Source of the DNA: Escherichia phage LF82-9
Strand: one strand, 5' to 3'
DNA: 64,000 nucleotides
Sequence record: PV660452
The notes under the pieces are model-generated. The model was not told the DNA's origin. It saw only the letters and a list, made by a program, of their open reading frames with translations, and searched no databases. The translations under genes and the position numbers were made by a program. Below, piece by piece: positions 9,624 to 19,283 of the stretch. The number at the start of each line of letters is the position of its first letter. Within the stretch, counting starts at the first letter, position 1.

Positions 9624-10586
9624 TTATTTCCAAGTCAGTTCGCAGGTCAGTTGAAGAAGCATATACATAACATGTAATTCAATATTACTTGCTAATCCAT
9701 GAAACTTATTATTTTCGCCTGCAATTTCATAAAGCGAAATAATACTTTTACCTGGTGCAACTTTGTCATAACATTCAGAAACTAATTTATCGATGAACCA
9801 TGAATAATCAGCGGCATATTTTGGAGCTAATGCACGAAGTTGTTTGATATCTTTATTTTTCATTGCTTCTATGACATCATCCACCGTGCCACGATCATTT
9901 GTTACAATCGACAAAATACCTGCATCAAGAACACCTTTAGACGAGTACTGGTCTAATTGACCAATTGTACGACGAAAGTCCGGGAAGTTCTTTTTAACCA
10001 GAGCTGCAACAACTTTCATATCAGCGATTTCGATATTTTCATTCTTACAGATTTCAACCATACGATGAATCATTTTCTTCATCATCGATATTTTATCTTC
10101 TTCGGTTGGACGTCCGAATTCGATAACTCGACAACGACTACGTAACGGTTCGATAATTCCATCGATGTTGTTGGCAGTAATAATAATAGAACAGTTACTA
10201 GAGAATTCTTCCATGAATGTACGAAGGTGCCGTTGTGATTCAGCAAGGCCACTACGGTCAAATTCATCAATAACAATAACTTTAGGCTTGCCTTCCATTG
10301 AGACTGAACGAGCGAATGCAGTTAACGGGCCACGCACAAAATCAATCTTACAATCAGAACCGTTGACGAACATCATTTCGGCATTGATATCATTACATAA
10401 TGCTTTTGCTACGGTTGTTTTACCTGTACCAGGAGAAGGAGAGTGCAAAATAATATGAGGAAGTTTTCCTTTAGATACTAAAGACTTGAATGTTTCATGG
10501 TCATACGCAGGCAGAATACATTCGTCAATGGAAGAAGGACGATATTTCTGTTCTAGAATGTGTTCTTTGGAATTGATAGTAATCAT
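9624..10586 (-). CDS. 44: clamp loader large subunit gp44 (AAA+ ATPase)
   Basis: Walker [11 protein letters not shown], Walker B VIVIDEFD; near-identical to T4 gp44. Confidence 0.96.
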   Translation of the reverse strand: MITINSKEHILEQKYRPSSIDECILPAYDHETFKSLVSKGKLPHIILHSPSPGTGKTTVAKALCNDINAEMMFVNGSDCKIDFVRGPLTAFARSVSMEGKPKVIVIDEFDRSGLAESQRHLRTFMEEFSSNCSIIITANNIDGIIEPLRSRCRVIEFGRPTEEDKISMMKKMIHRMVEICKNENIEIADMKVVAALVKKNFPDFRRTIGQLDQYSSKGVLDAGILSIVTNDRGTVDDVIEAMKNKDIKQLRALAPKYAADYSWFIDKLVSECYDKVAPGKSIISLYEIAGENNKFHGLASNIELHVMYMLLQLTCELTWK

Positions 10587-10612
10587 GTAATTTTCCTCAT
10601 TATCATTAAACT

Positions 10613-10628
10613 GGAGGATTTCTCCTCC
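10613..10628 (-). promoter_or_regulatory. intercistronic hairpin between genes 45 and 44
   Basis: GGAGGA-GAAA-TCCTCC (minus strand) between gp45 stop and gp44 SD. Confidence 0.3.
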
Positions 10629-10661
10629 ATAATCGTACTACATTAAACGTAAAGCTTTGAC

Positions 10662-11363
10662 TTAGAAGTCGTGAGTAGAATCGGCTTCCATTGCAATAAC
10701 ATAACTTACTTGAGAGCTTTCAAACTTGGCTGCAACTTTATCACCAGCTCCCCACAACATTACTTTATAGTTACCTGGCTGGATTTTCATATTAGCCATA
10801 TTGATTACGAAGTTAAAGTTGTTAGAACCATCATAATCGGTAAGAGTCAAAGAATACTTAGGACGAGTTAGACCAGAATCTTCAACTTTATTATAGCCAT
10901 TGATAACAATTTTACCATCTTTATTTGTAATAGCAATTGTATCAATCTGAAGACCACGTGAAACTCGAAGCAATTGTTGAAGGTCTTCAGCTTTAATTTC
11001 AGTAATCACAGAAGCCACTGGGAATTGAATTGGCTTATTAGGAAAAACAATGGTGCTCTTGTCGGCAGCAGGCCAATAAACTGTGGAACGTGTGTCCGCA
11101 ATTTTAATATTGCCATCAGTGTGCATTGAAATTTCAGCATCGTCAGACACTAGACTCAAAATGCTTAAGAAGCTATTCAAATCATAAAGTGCTACGTCAA
11201 AATCAATTTCATCAGAGATATTTGCTTCCGCATAAGTGGTGCCATTAACTGCACGAGTCATAATAAATTTACCTTGACTCAGCAGAATGCCGGAGTTAAT
11301 AGAGGCAAAGTTTTTCAGAATAGCGATAGTATCTTTAGACAGTTTCATTTTATTTCCTTTCAA
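10662..11363 (-). CDS. 45: sliding clamp gp45
   Basis: Near-identical to T4 gp45 (MKLSKDT..ILKNFA.INSGI..). Confidence 0.97.
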   Translation of the reverse strand: MKGNKMKLSKDTIAILKNFASINSGILLSQGKFIMTRAVNGTTYAEANISDEIDFDVALYDLNSFLSILSLVSDDAEISMHTDGNIKIADTRSTVYWPAADKSTIVFPNKPIQFPVASVITEIKAEDLQQLLRVSRGLQIDTIAITNKDGKIVINGYNKVEDSGLTRPKYSLTLTDYDGSNNFNFVINMANMKIQPGNYKVMLWGAGDKVAAKFESSQVSYVIAMEADSTHDF

Positions 11364-11390
11364 GACAATTCAAAGTTTATAACAAATTTA

Positions 11391-11807
11391 TTATGCAGCA
11401 ACCATCTGCTTTTTAATAGCTTCAGGCAGTGATTCAATATATTCTGGAATTTTAGAAGCAACAATTTCGCCAGCTGCAATTAATTGTTCATCGGCATCAA
11501 CGCAGTAGAAATCTTCCAGGCGCTCAGAACCATCTTTATCAAGAACGATTTTTCCACCTGCTTCAATAGAATCTTTAAAGTGCTTACGCATCAGATGAAT
11601 CCACATATCAGATACATCGTTATCAATAAAACCATAAATCATAAAACGAGTTTCTTGTGGCAAAGATTGAAGCTTTTTAGCACTTGCGTCATCACAATGC
11701 AGGACCCATGCTTTACGAACACGATTATGGTTATGCGGGTTAGCGTCAGTACGGATAGAAGTAACTTTCAGATCAGCAGCAGTGAAACCTTTAGCAGTAG
11801 TAAACAT
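11391..11807 (-). CDS. rpbA: RNA polymerase binding protein RpbA (by synteny)
   Basis: 138-aa ORF between 45 and 46, as in T4. Confidence 0.45.
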   Translation of the reverse strand: MFTTAKGFTAADLKVTSIRTDANPHNHNRVRKAWVLHCDDASAKKLQSLPQETRFMIYGFIDNDVSDMWIHLMRKHFKDSIEAGGKIVLDKDGSERLEDFYCVDADEQLIAAGEIVASKIPEYIESLPEAIKKQMVAA

Positions 11808-11819
11808 ATTATTTCTCTC

Positions 11820-12020
11820 TTATTCGTAGAAGTCAGTAACTGTCCATGCGGAATTGCGATTAGACATTATTTTATTATACTCATCTTTAAAAGCAGATTT
11901 GAGCATTTGTTCAGTAACAATATGTTCTTCACCTGAAAACGTATTGGTCAAAACATATTTTTTAATTTCAGGGACAACAAGAAGATGTTGTCCGGTTGAA
12001 TACTCCATGTTGTTCTCCAT
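11820..12020 (-). CDS. hypothetical protein
   Basis: 66-aa ORF in minus-strand array. Confidence 0.4.
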   Translation of the reverse strand: MENNMEYSTGQHLLVVPEIKKYVLTNTFSGEEHIVTEQMLKSAFKDEYNKIMSNRNSAWTVTDFYE

Positions 12021-12062
12021 TTAATTTGATGTGGTCATTATAACCACATCGTGTTAAAGCGT

Positions 12063-13751
12063 TTATGAAACAGTCATTACAGTAAATCGTCCAACTTTAC
12101 TCATCTGAAGATGTTGTCCATAACGTTGAGGGTCATGGTCTCGATGAGAGATAATGAACACGTTAGTATTTTGTAAACTTCCAAGAATGGTATCTATAGC
12201 CTTAACAGCTTCAGAATCTACAGCGCCGTCAAAAACCTCATCAAGAATCAACGTGTTGATTTTAACACCAGAAACTTTTTCAGCAATATCTCGCCATGTA
12301 AACAACAATGCGATATCGATACGTGCCTTTTCACCTTGACTAAATGAAGCATAACTAAAATCTTCACGACCACGTGATTTTATAGATTCATTGAATTCTT
12401 CGTCAATAGAAAACACATAATCAGCTTCCATGATTTTAAGGTAATGGTTAATCTGCTTGTTGAACAGAGGCACATATTTTTTAATGATAGCACCTTTAAT
12501 ACCAGAATCTTTTAACATATCTGTTATAATACCACGATGGTATTTTTCAAGAACGTTATCCGATTTTGTTTTAATGATTTTATCAAGTTCTTTTTGAAGC
12601 AAAGCTATCTCATCGGCATGGTCGATAAATTCCGCCGAGGCTTGTTCTATTGCAGCTTTAACTTTCTTAGCTTTATCAATAGTGGCAATCATTGCTTGTT
12701 TCTTGGTACGAATATCAGATGCAAGGTCCTGTTTAGTCTTAACATTAGCTCTATATTCGTCCACTAGGACACTCAGATTATCTCTGTGACAGGTAAGTTG
12801 CTCGAATGAGTGATTACATTCATGAAGCTTATCGGTAATCTTAGAGACAATAGGATCACCCTGGTGCAACTGTGATGCACAAGTAGGACATGTGCCACCG
12901 TCATGATACATCTTAATAACTTTGTTGTATGAGTCGATTTTAGATTTAATCAAGAATGCTTCTTGTCCTATCTTGTTGAATGCCTCAGTAGGGTCTTCAT
13001 CAAGAACGATATTAAGTAGTCGCTCATTAGCTTCTTCGATTTCCGCTTTTAATGAACGAGCTTCTTTGGCTAGGTCGTCATACATATTCTGTAGACGCGC
13101 TACATTATCACCAGATAATTTCTTTTGACGTTCGATATTCTCGTTATAAATCTTAATTTGTTGGATAACACCATCTTTCTTAGCATCGAGAACTTGTCCC
13201 TGGGAATTAAGTTCTCGAACTTGAGACTTATTGATTTTATCCATTTCAGCGAGTGTGCCGACTTCTAAAAGGTCTTCGACAAGTTTTCTACGAGCAGGGG
13301 TGCTAAGAGCCATGAAAGGGGTATACCCTGCCGTCCCAAGCACAACGATCTGTTTAAAAGACGCGTATGACATTCCGATGCTACGTTCAAATTCTTCTTG
13401 GAAGTCACGACTGCTGGCAGATTCATCGAGACGAACACCGTCAACGGAGATTTCGAAAATATTGGGCTTTTGGCCTCGTTTAATGAAGTATTTTTTATCA
13501 TCGAATTCCATCCAAAGCTCAACTAAGAGCTCTTTCTTGTTCGTGCTATTAATGATTTGTCCTTTCTTAACATCACGAAATGGTTTACCGAAAAGTCCGA
13601 AAGTAATGGCTTCTAACATCGTAGATTTACCACCGCCATTTTTACCAGTGATTAATGTCTTTTGGACTTTATCTAATTGGATATCAATAGGATTCCCACC
13701 TACCGACATGATGTTTTGATAACGAACACGATTTAATTTAAATGATTTCAT
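12063..13751 (-). CDS. 46: recombination nuclease subunit gp46 (Rad50/SbcC-like ATPase)
   Basis: Walker A GKNGGGKST, coiled-coil middle, CxxC zinc hook, signature/D-loop at C-terminus. Confidence 0.92.
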   Translation of the reverse strand: MKSFKLNRVRYQNIMSVGGNPIDIQLDKVQKTLITGKNGGGKSTMLEAITFGLFGKPFRDVKKGQIINSTNKKELLVELWMEFDDKKYFIKRGQKPNIFEISVDGVRLDESASSRDFQEEFERSIGMSYASFKQIVVLGTAGYTPFMALSTPARRKLVEDLLEVGTLAEMDKINKSQVRELNSQGQVLDAKKDGVIQQIKIYNENIERQKKLSGDNVARLQNMYDDLAKEARSLKAEIEEANERLLNIVLDEDPTEAFNKIGQEAFLIKSKIDSYNKVIKMYHDGGTCPTCASQLHQGDPIVSKITDKLHECNHSFEQLTCHRDNLSVLVDEYRANVKTKQDLASDIRTKKQAMIATIDKAKKVKAAIEQASAEFIDHADEIALLQKELDKIIKTKSDNVLEKYHRGIITDMLKDSGIKGAIIKKYVPLFNKQINHYLKIMEADYVFSIDEEFNESIKSRGREDFSYASFSQGEKARIDIALLFTWRDIAEKVSGVKINTLILDEVFDGAVDSEAVKAIDTILGSLQNTNVFIISHRDHDPQRYGQHLQMSKVGRFTVMTVS

Positions 13752-14002
13752 ATGTATTCTCTTCGAATGAAGTCCTCTACATATTTTAACATGTCATCCC
13801 TATCAGCAAAATATTCATCTAGTTCTGCATACATAACAACACCTGGTGCGTACTCACAGGTAACATACATTGTTCCAAAGAAACGAGGAGTTGATTCCTC
13901 GTAATTCTCAGTCCATTCAACGATACCAATATAACCGTCACCAATACTAAATTCATGACGATGGATTTCATAATCAGTCTTCGTCATTATACGCATCCTC
14001 AA
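13748..14002 (-). CDS. hypothetical protein
   Basis: 84-aa ORF between 47 and 46. Confidence 0.45.
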   Translation of the reverse strand: MRMRIMTKTDYEIHRHEFSIGDGYIGIVEWTENYEESTPRFFGTMYVTCEYAPGVVMYAELDEYFADRDDMLKYVEDFIRREYI

Positions 14003-14231
14003 TACACGCTTCAGCCATTTTAAGAATAGAGCCAGGAGTATCGTTGTCCATTATATTAAAGCTAAATTCAACAGCCCAGTCGGTGCAGACATGAACTGCT
14101 TTAACTTCATTGCCTTCAACACGTAATGGCTCAATCCAATACTTGATAGTGTTCTCGAATCCATCATCATCTTTAACGTCTATTTCAACTTCAAGCCCGA
14201 GCCCAGCATTGTTAAATTCATCTAAAGTCAT
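13974..14231 (-). CDS. hypothetical protein
   Basis: 85-aa acidic ORF between 47 and 46. Confidence 0.45.
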   Translation of the reverse strand: MTLDEFNNAGLGLEVEIDVKDDDGFENTIKYWIEPLRVEGNEVKAVHVCTDWAVEFSFNIMDNDTPGSILKMAEACIEDAYNDED

Positions 14232-15247
14232 TGTGTTGCCTCAATATAAAGTTCGTTGGAATATTTAACCAGCGCTTCTCTGTCTTCGTTTGAGATATCT
14301 GGAATCGCGTCAATATATTCTTTAATGATATCTTGAAGTGATTTAATCTCGATTTCCTGGTCGTCATCAGATTCAACACTGTTATCAACTTTAGAAACCA
14401 TACGAAGAGAGTGAACTACTTTTTCAAGTTCAGATTCAAATTTAGTCAACTCTGAATCAATTTCTGATACTATAACACGTACGGCTAGATTAGTATAATC
14501 AGAATAATTGATTTTGCCTTTAAATGGATAAGTGATTCGTCGATGCCATGTTGTTTCATTAGGAATAAATTCCATACGTTCAACATCAGTGTCAAATACC
14601 CAGAATCCGCGAGGGTCGTTCTCGTCACCTGCAGTAAGGGTCCATGGTGTCCCAATATATTTGACGTTAGCAGCTTCAGAGATTGTGTGGAAGTGGCCAG
14701 ACCAGACTTGTTTATAGGTCTTTAAGAAATCAGGTTCAAGCCCATGAGACTTCATTCCTTTATAGAAATAAAAGCCGTTCAGTTCCCAGTGGCCAACACA
14801 ATACGCGGCAGAAGAAGTCTTGATGTGCTCTAAGATTTCACCTGTATTTTCTTCACACATCCATGGAACGATATCAATCAGACATCCGTCAAAATCTACA
14901 GTAGTTGGATGCTCGTAAATAGTAAAGTTTTCAAATTGAGTCAACAATTCAGAAACAGTGTTAGGTGTTATTGTATTCTTAAACGCCATGTCATGGTTTC
15001 CTATCGTGACATGAACGTGAATGCCTGCTTTAGAAATCATATCAACGATTTCACGATTGAATTCCATTGTACGATGTGTTATTGCTTTACGGACGTCAAA
15101 CCAATCACCGTACTGAATCCAAGTTTTAATCCCGTGTTTCTTAGAGTATTCAATTGCTTGACGAATACCATCACGTTGAATATCTTGGACCCATGGGTCG
15201 TCTTGTTTGACTCCGATATGGAAGTCGCCTAAGTGCAAAATTTTCAT
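14228..15247 (-). CDS. 47: recombination nuclease subunit gp47 (Mre11/SbcD-like phosphoesterase)
   Basis: MKILHLGDFHIG, GNHD and GHxH phosphoesterase motifs. Confidence 0.93.
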   Translation of the reverse strand: MKILHLGDFHIGVKQDDPWVQDIQRDGIRQAIEYSKKHGIKTWIQYGDWFDVRKAITHRTMEFNREIVDMISKAGIHVHVTIGNHDMAFKNTITPNTVSELLTQFENFTIYEHPTTVDFDGCLIDIVPWMCEENTGEILEHIKTSSAAYCVGHWELNGFYFYKGMKSHGLEPDFLKTYKQVWSGHFHTISEAANVKYIGTPWTLTAGDENDPRGFWVFDTDVERMEFIPNETTWHRRITYPFKGKINYSDYTNLAVRVIVSEIDSELTKFESELEKVVHSLRMVSKVDNSVESDDDQEIEIKSLQDIIKEYIDAIPDISNEDREALVKYSNELYIEATQ

Positions 15248-15292
15248 ATTATTTCCTCATTAGTTAATTCATTCTATCATCCGTTTATAAAG

Positions 15293-15320
15293 CAAAAAAG
15301 GAACTCCGAAGAGTTCCTAT
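15293..15320 (-). terminator. intrinsic terminator (UUCG hairpin + U6)
   Basis: Minus strand GGAACTC-TTCG-GAGTTCC followed by TTTTTT; overlaps stop of small ORF. Confidence 0.5.
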
Positions 15321-15490
15321 CCACATAGTACACCGTACAGAGGCTCATTTGAACTTTTAAATCGAATGGGCTTGTACGTAATAGTTCCTTCGGCTTTAGC
15401 TTTATCATAAGACTCTTTAAAACGTCTCATTCTTTCTGCTTTGCCTTTACGGATTTTATCGAAATTTTCAGAAGTCGGGATGTTCGTCAT
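15317..15490 (-). CDS. small basic protein (57 aa), not in ORF track
   Basis: Hand translation MTNIPTSENFDKIRKGKAERMRRFKESYDKAKAEGTITYKPIRFKSSNEPLYGVLCG; ATG with GAGGTG SD. Confidence 0.4.
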   Translation of the reverse strand: MTNIPTSENFDKIRKGKAERMRRFKESYDKAKAEGTITYKPIRFKSSNEPLYGVLCG

Positions 15491-15529
15491 GCATAAGCAC
15501 CTCTCAGAAAATGCCTAAATCGATTTCTC

Positions 15530-15751
15530 TCATCGTTTCCACCATTTCTTAACTTGAAATGAATCAACCCACACGAGTTGTTTTGGGTCTGCCTTTACAA
15601 TAGGCGGACAAATTTCTGTAATAGAACCGTCGTGATATTCCTTTTCGGAAATTTTAACACAAAGAGGACCTCCCAATTTAAGGGAGAACCCTGCGTTCAG
15701 CTTCAGACGTTTAAACTTTGTTTGAACTAGCGCCATTAATGATGTCCTCAA
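15530..15751 (-). CDS. hypothetical protein
   Basis: 73-aa ORF in region where T4 carries alpha-gt. Confidence 0.4.
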   Translation of the reverse strand: MRTSLMALVQTKFKRLKLNAGFSLKLGGPLCVKISEKEYHDGSITEICPPIVKADPKQLVWVDSFQVKKWWKR

Positions 15752-16034
15752 TAGCCTGACGAGTAGTAATCCACTGGATTTTAATTAACTTGTCATTGTA
15801 TGGTTGTCGTAGAATATCCCGAGATTTCTTAATAGCATATTCGTAAGCTTCGAAGTTGTTTTGAATTGCTGCTTCTTGAGCATGTGCATAAAGACGGTTT
15901 AGTTCAAAACGATTCTTTTTAAGAATCTTTTCGGATTTTTTACGTGCTTCAGCTTCATTTTTCTTTTGGATTTCTTGTAGCATTTTAGCTACTGCATCTT
16001 CTGCTTCTTTATTTTCAATAATCTCGGTAGTCAT
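15711..16034 (-). CDS. hypothetical protein
   Basis: 107-aa ORF. Confidence 0.45.
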   Translation of the reverse strand: MTTEIIENKEAEDAVAKMLQEIQKKNEAEARKKSEKILKKNRFELNRLYAHAQEAAIQNNFEAYEYAIKKSRDILRQPYNDKLIKIQWITTRQAIEDIINGASSNKV

Positions 16035-16035
16035 A

Positions 16036-16251
16036 TTATCTCATTAAATTAAAATAAAAACGTCCATCCTCTTCAATACAGAACTCGTACTCAACTGGAG
16101 TCCCATTTATTGAAAATGACACGTCATGTGGGTTCAAAGGGTCGATGTCAAAATTAATTTTAAATTCACGACCCAACAGTTTTACCAAATAAGGGATTGC
16201 TTCGTCAAAAGGTTCTTCTAAGTAGTTAGAGATGTCAATTGTCATCCTCAT
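16036..16251 (-). CDS. hypothetical protein (start placed at internal ATG)
   Basis: Track ORF 16036..16329 overlaps gp55; internal ATGs at 16251/16245. Confidence 0.4.
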   Translation of the reverse strand: MRMTIDISNYLEEPFDEAIPYLVKLLGREFKINFDIDPLNPHDVSFSINGTPVEYEFCIEEDGRFYFNLMR

Positions 16252-16792
16252 ATAAAAAATCCAAACTAGGCGAATCGCTAACAACTTCCTTCTTTTCAGC
16301 CCCAGGAGCTTTATAAGCGGATTCTTCATAATGCGTCATTTTATCGTAGATGTCTTGAATAAACGTTTCATCTACCAACGCTACCATATCATCGTCATGA
16401 CTGTCGTAGACATTATGAACGAAGTAACTATATTTCTTTGCAACTTCCTTACGTTCTTTTTTGATACGTTGGACAAAAGCATTAAAACAAGCTCGAGTTA
16501 TGTATGCATGTGGGTTATTGTACTTAGTTTCGTCGAAATTATGAAGTCCCTTAATAGAGGCTTCAATCCCATCTGCAATCATCTCCTGCTTCCAAGACTG
16601 GGTATATCCTGAAAAGTTGAAACGTTTGGACAGGCCTTCGGCGATAAGCATAATTGCTAAACCGATGGTATCATTCTGACGAATAATTTTGTTTGGGTCT
16701 TTATTATTTAAGAGCTCCTTTTTCCACTCGATTATAGCGGCGAGAAGCTCTTTATTATTCACATAGTTATTTTTAGGTTTTTGTTCAGTCAT
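16235..16792 (-). CDS. 55: late-transcription sigma factor gp55
   Basis: [17 protein letters not shown].. near-identical to T4 gp55; ATG at 16792 (track start 16810 is TTG). Confidence 0.95.
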   Translation of the reverse strand: MTEQKPKNNYVNNKELLAAIIEWKKELLNNKDPNKIIRQNDTIGLAIMLIAEGLSKRFNFSGYTQSWKQEMIADGIEASIKGLHNFDETKYNNPHAYITRACFNAFVQRIKKERKEVAKKYSYFVHNVYDSHDDDMVALVDETFIQDIYDKMTHYEESAYKAPGAEKKEVVSDSPSLDFLYEDDN

Positions 16793-16812
16793 AAGTACCT
16801 CTTGGCTCAATT

Positions 16813-16849
16813 CATAGGTCTATTATATCATAATATTTAGAGACCTATC
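16813..16849 (-). promoter_or_regulatory. inverted-repeat element upstream of gene 55 (candidate promoter)
   Basis: ATAGGTCTATTATATCATAATATTTAGAGACCTAT. Confidence 0.3.
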
Positions 16850-16864
16850 TTAAAGCACGAGATA

Positions 16865-17134
16865 CTATCGGAGCAAACAATAAGCCTGGAATACTTTTTC
16901 CATTAAACGTTTGAACTCATGGATATCGATATAAAGCTCGGTTAATCCAGCTCCATAAAGAAAATCTAAAAAGTTCTCATGTGTTTCGTTATAGTCGCCT
17001 TCGTTTAATTGAGATACATGAGTTTCCCAAAAACCGACACCTTTAACAAATGGAAAATACGTAACTTTCATAAAGTTGTCGACGTAAAATTCGCCCAGCT
17101 TTTCTTCAGTTATACTGATTCGAGTTAATTTCAT
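16865..17134 (-). CDS. hypothetical protein
   Basis: 89-aa ORF. Confidence 0.45.
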   Translation of the reverse strand: MKLTRISITEEKLGEFYVDNFMKVTYFPFVKGVGFWETHVSQLNEGDYNETHENFLDFLYGAGLTELYIDIHEFKRLMEKVFQAYCLLR

Positions 17135-17358
17135 TCTAGTTCCTTTGCTGCAAATAAGGCAGCATCCAATGAATCAAATTGGTCAACGAAATCAATATTC
17201 AACGCATCGTCAACCGTAGCATATAACCACCATTGTTTGAATTCGTATTCTAGAATAAATCCAGGACCTTCAATCTGAGGAAGACCTAGGCTATTTGTAC
17301 CAACTTCGTAACCAGCTAGACGCAGGTCATTAATCAAAGTTTCTGTTAATACGCTCAT
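17131..17358 (-). CDS. hypothetical protein
   Basis: 75-aa ORF. Confidence 0.45.
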   Translation of the reverse strand: MSVLTETLINDLRLAGYEVGTNSLGLPQIEGPGFILEYEFKQWWLYATVDDALNIDFVDQFDSLDAALFAAKELE

Positions 17359-17687
17359 TTTGCCGCCTTAACAATTTTCAGGTCAACGAATTTTTTCTTA
17401 CGTTGATTTTTCATACGACGGATAGTCTTTTCAGAGATTTCATGTTTCTGATAAGCTTTAGATTCAACACCAAATGCAGCAACGTCAAATTCAGAAAGAA
17501 TATATTGTACTAGAATTTCACGAATAGAATTACGTCCAATTTTCTGGTCGTGTTTTTGCATGATTTCATAAAGACGGAATTCCCACGCGTCAAGAACTTG
17601 AGGAGTAACAATACCACCTTTTTCTAGAAGACTAACAACTTTATCGAAAGCGAAAGAGTTCACTACGTTTTTGATTTTAGTAGACAT
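17355..17687 (-). CDS. hypothetical protein (start moved to second ATG)
   Basis: First ATG lies inside the promoter -10; second ATG at 17687 has AGAGGAAAA SD. Confidence 0.5.
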   Translation of the reverse strand: MSTKIKNVVNSFAFDKVVSLLEKGGIVTPQVLDAWEFRLYEIMQKHDQKIGRNSIREILVQYILSEFDVAAFGVESKAYQKHEISEKTIRRMKNQRKKKFVDLKIVKAAK

Positions 17688-17705
17688 ATTATTTTCCTCT
17701 GTTAT

Positions 17706-17750
17706 TTTATTATCCAACGAGAGCATTATACTCTGCTCTCAAGAGTTTGT
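17706..17750 (-). promoter_or_regulatory. early promoter with -10 inside a hairpin (copy A of a 45-bp repeat)
   Basis: Minus strand ACAAACTCTTGAGAGCAGAGTATAATGCTCTCGTTGGATAATAAA; near-identical copy at 47804..47850. Confidence 0.5.
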
Positions 17751-17753
17751 GCG

Positions 17754-17993
17754 TTATTTCGTGATAAGATAATGTAAATAGTTTGCTTGACGAACACTGA
17801 TATCAACACCCATATCAAAGATACCTTTATAGAACGGGTATTTGTTTTCAGTAGAATCTAGACTAAAAGCCTTTCCGCCACAACTAACGGTAATAGCATC
17901 AGTTAAAGTGTCATATACAAACTTAATAGTTGAGCCGTTCACTACAACTTCAAGACGTTTTTTCGATGTAATAATGTCTAATTCTTGTTCCAT
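17754..17993 (-). CDS. hypothetical protein
   Basis: 79-aa ORF. Confidence 0.45.
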   Translation of the reverse strand: MEQELDIITSKKRLEVVVNGSTIKFVYDTLTDAITVSCGGKAFSLDSTENKYPFYKGIFDMGVDISVRQANYLHYLITK

Positions 17994-18048
17994 GATATTC
18001 TCCTCAAATTGGTAGGAAGAAGTGTTATCTTCCTACCATCATAAACTA

Positions 18049-18249
18049 TTAACCGAACTTTTTAGCGCCTTTCCAGCCTTCGTACATAATTGCGCAAGTC
18101 AATAGCACAGCATGTTGGCATTCTTTGTATTTGTAAATCCAGAACCAGCGTAAAAAGTCTTCATCCTCAACACCGTTGAGTTTCATATTGGCAAAGAATT
18201 CGGCACGTTCTTCACGAAGCTTTTGCGATAACATAGATTCAGGATTCAT
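18049..18249 (-). CDS. hypothetical protein (ATG start; track start is GTG)
   Basis: MNPESMLSQKLREERAEFF... Confidence 0.4.
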   Translation of the reverse strand: MNPESMLSQKLREERAEFFANMKLNGVEDEDFLRWFWIYKYKECQHAVLLTCAIMYEGWKGAKKFG

Positions 18250-18473
18250 TTTGTATTCCACGCCCCATTTTCATCGATGAACTTAATCCAGTCATTTACA
18301 GACCATTTAGTTGTATCACCCTTTGGATTAACATTTAAAGTATATAATCCTTGCTTAAAAAGCATTCGTTTGATATTCATAATTTCCTCAACTGTAACGA
18401 TAACATTCGTTAGCTTTACGTTTGGCTTCAGTATGAGAAGTATTATAATCATACTCTTCTTTACTGTAAACAT
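18246..18473 (-). CDS. hypothetical protein
   Basis: 75-aa ORF. Confidence 0.4.
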   Translation of the reverse strand: MFTVKKSMIIILLILKPNVKLTNVIVTVEEIMNIKRMLFKQGLYTLNVNPKGDTTKWSVNDWIKFIDENGAWNTK

Positions 18474-18681
18474 CTTTTTTCAACTTACGAACTTCTTTGC
18501 GGAGTTGTCGATTCATTTCATTCTTGACTTCAGAATCAACACCTTTCATACGTTTCCATTTATCTGAGCGGAAGATGTTTTCAACCATGTCTTTGTGGCT
18601 AACACCGTCAGGAGCTTTACGCTTACCAAAATAGTCGTAATCGCGAACTTTCAAATCTTTACGACGATATGTTTTACCCAT
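18388..18681 (-). CDS. hypothetical basic protein (ATG start with GAGGT SD)
   Basis: MGKTYRRKDLKVRDYDYFGKRK... Confidence 0.4.
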   Translation of the reverse strand: MGKTYRRKDLKVRDYDYFGKRKAPDGVSHKDMVENIFRSDKWKRMKGVDSEVKNEMNRQLRKEVRKLKKDVYSKEEYDYNTSHTEAKRKANECYRYS

Positions 18682-18688
18682 AAGTACC

Positions 18689-18937
18689 TCAGAGGTTGAT
18701 TGATACAATGCGTTTGATAAAATTCACTTCACTTACTGAAAGGTCTTTAAGTCCGATTGATTCTAAACGCTGAGTAAGCGTCAACATCGGGATATAGTCC
18801 CAATGAGTTTTATTTGCTTGATAAGTACGGACGCCATTAGCAATTTCAACATGTAAATCGGAAATGGTAATGAATACCGGATGCTCGTCATTAACTTTAA
18901 GGGTTAGAACAACCTTCTTTGAATCTAAACTAATCAT
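18689..18937 (-). CDS. hypothetical protein
   Basis: 82-aa ORF. Confidence 0.4.
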   Translation of the reverse strand: MISLDSKKVVLTLKVNDEHPVFITISDLHVEIANGVRTYQANKTHWDYIPMLTLTQRLESIGLKDLSVSEVNFIKRIVSINL

Positions 18938-19116
18938 GGCTTAATTTCCTTCGCAATTGAACAGAAGATACTACGGTCACAAAGCATTTCACCAATTTCT
19001 GGGTATTTGATTGAACGGTACCAAACATCCAGGCTTGAAACTCTGGTTATCTGTACTGCATTACCGTTGACAGAATAGTACTGGTCAACCTTAATTTCTT
19101 TATCTTCAATTGTCAT
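18934..19116 (-). CDS. hypothetical protein (start moved to ATG with GAGGAAAA SD)
   Basis: MTIEDKEIKVDQYYSVNGNAVQITRV... Confidence 0.4.
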   Translation of the reverse strand: MTIEDKEIKVDQYYSVNGNAVQITRVSSLDVWYRSIKYPEIGEMLCDRSIFCSIAKEIKP

Positions 19117-19264
19117 TTTGTTTTCCTCTATAGCAGATGGTTTAATCTTAACATATCTATCGAGGATGTAAACTGTTTTATGAAAATATTTTTGATTTGA
19201 GAGGGGCACAAGGAGATAGTGAAGTGAAGATTCCAATGGATTATATTAGAAATGAGATAAAGAA

Positions 19265-19283
19265 GACCAGGCGGCACCTGGTC
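19265..19283 (-). terminator. hairpin overlapping stop of the glutaredoxin-like gene (candidate terminator)
   Basis: GACCAGG-TGCCG-CCTGGTC followed by T-rich tract on minus strand. Confidence 0.3.
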
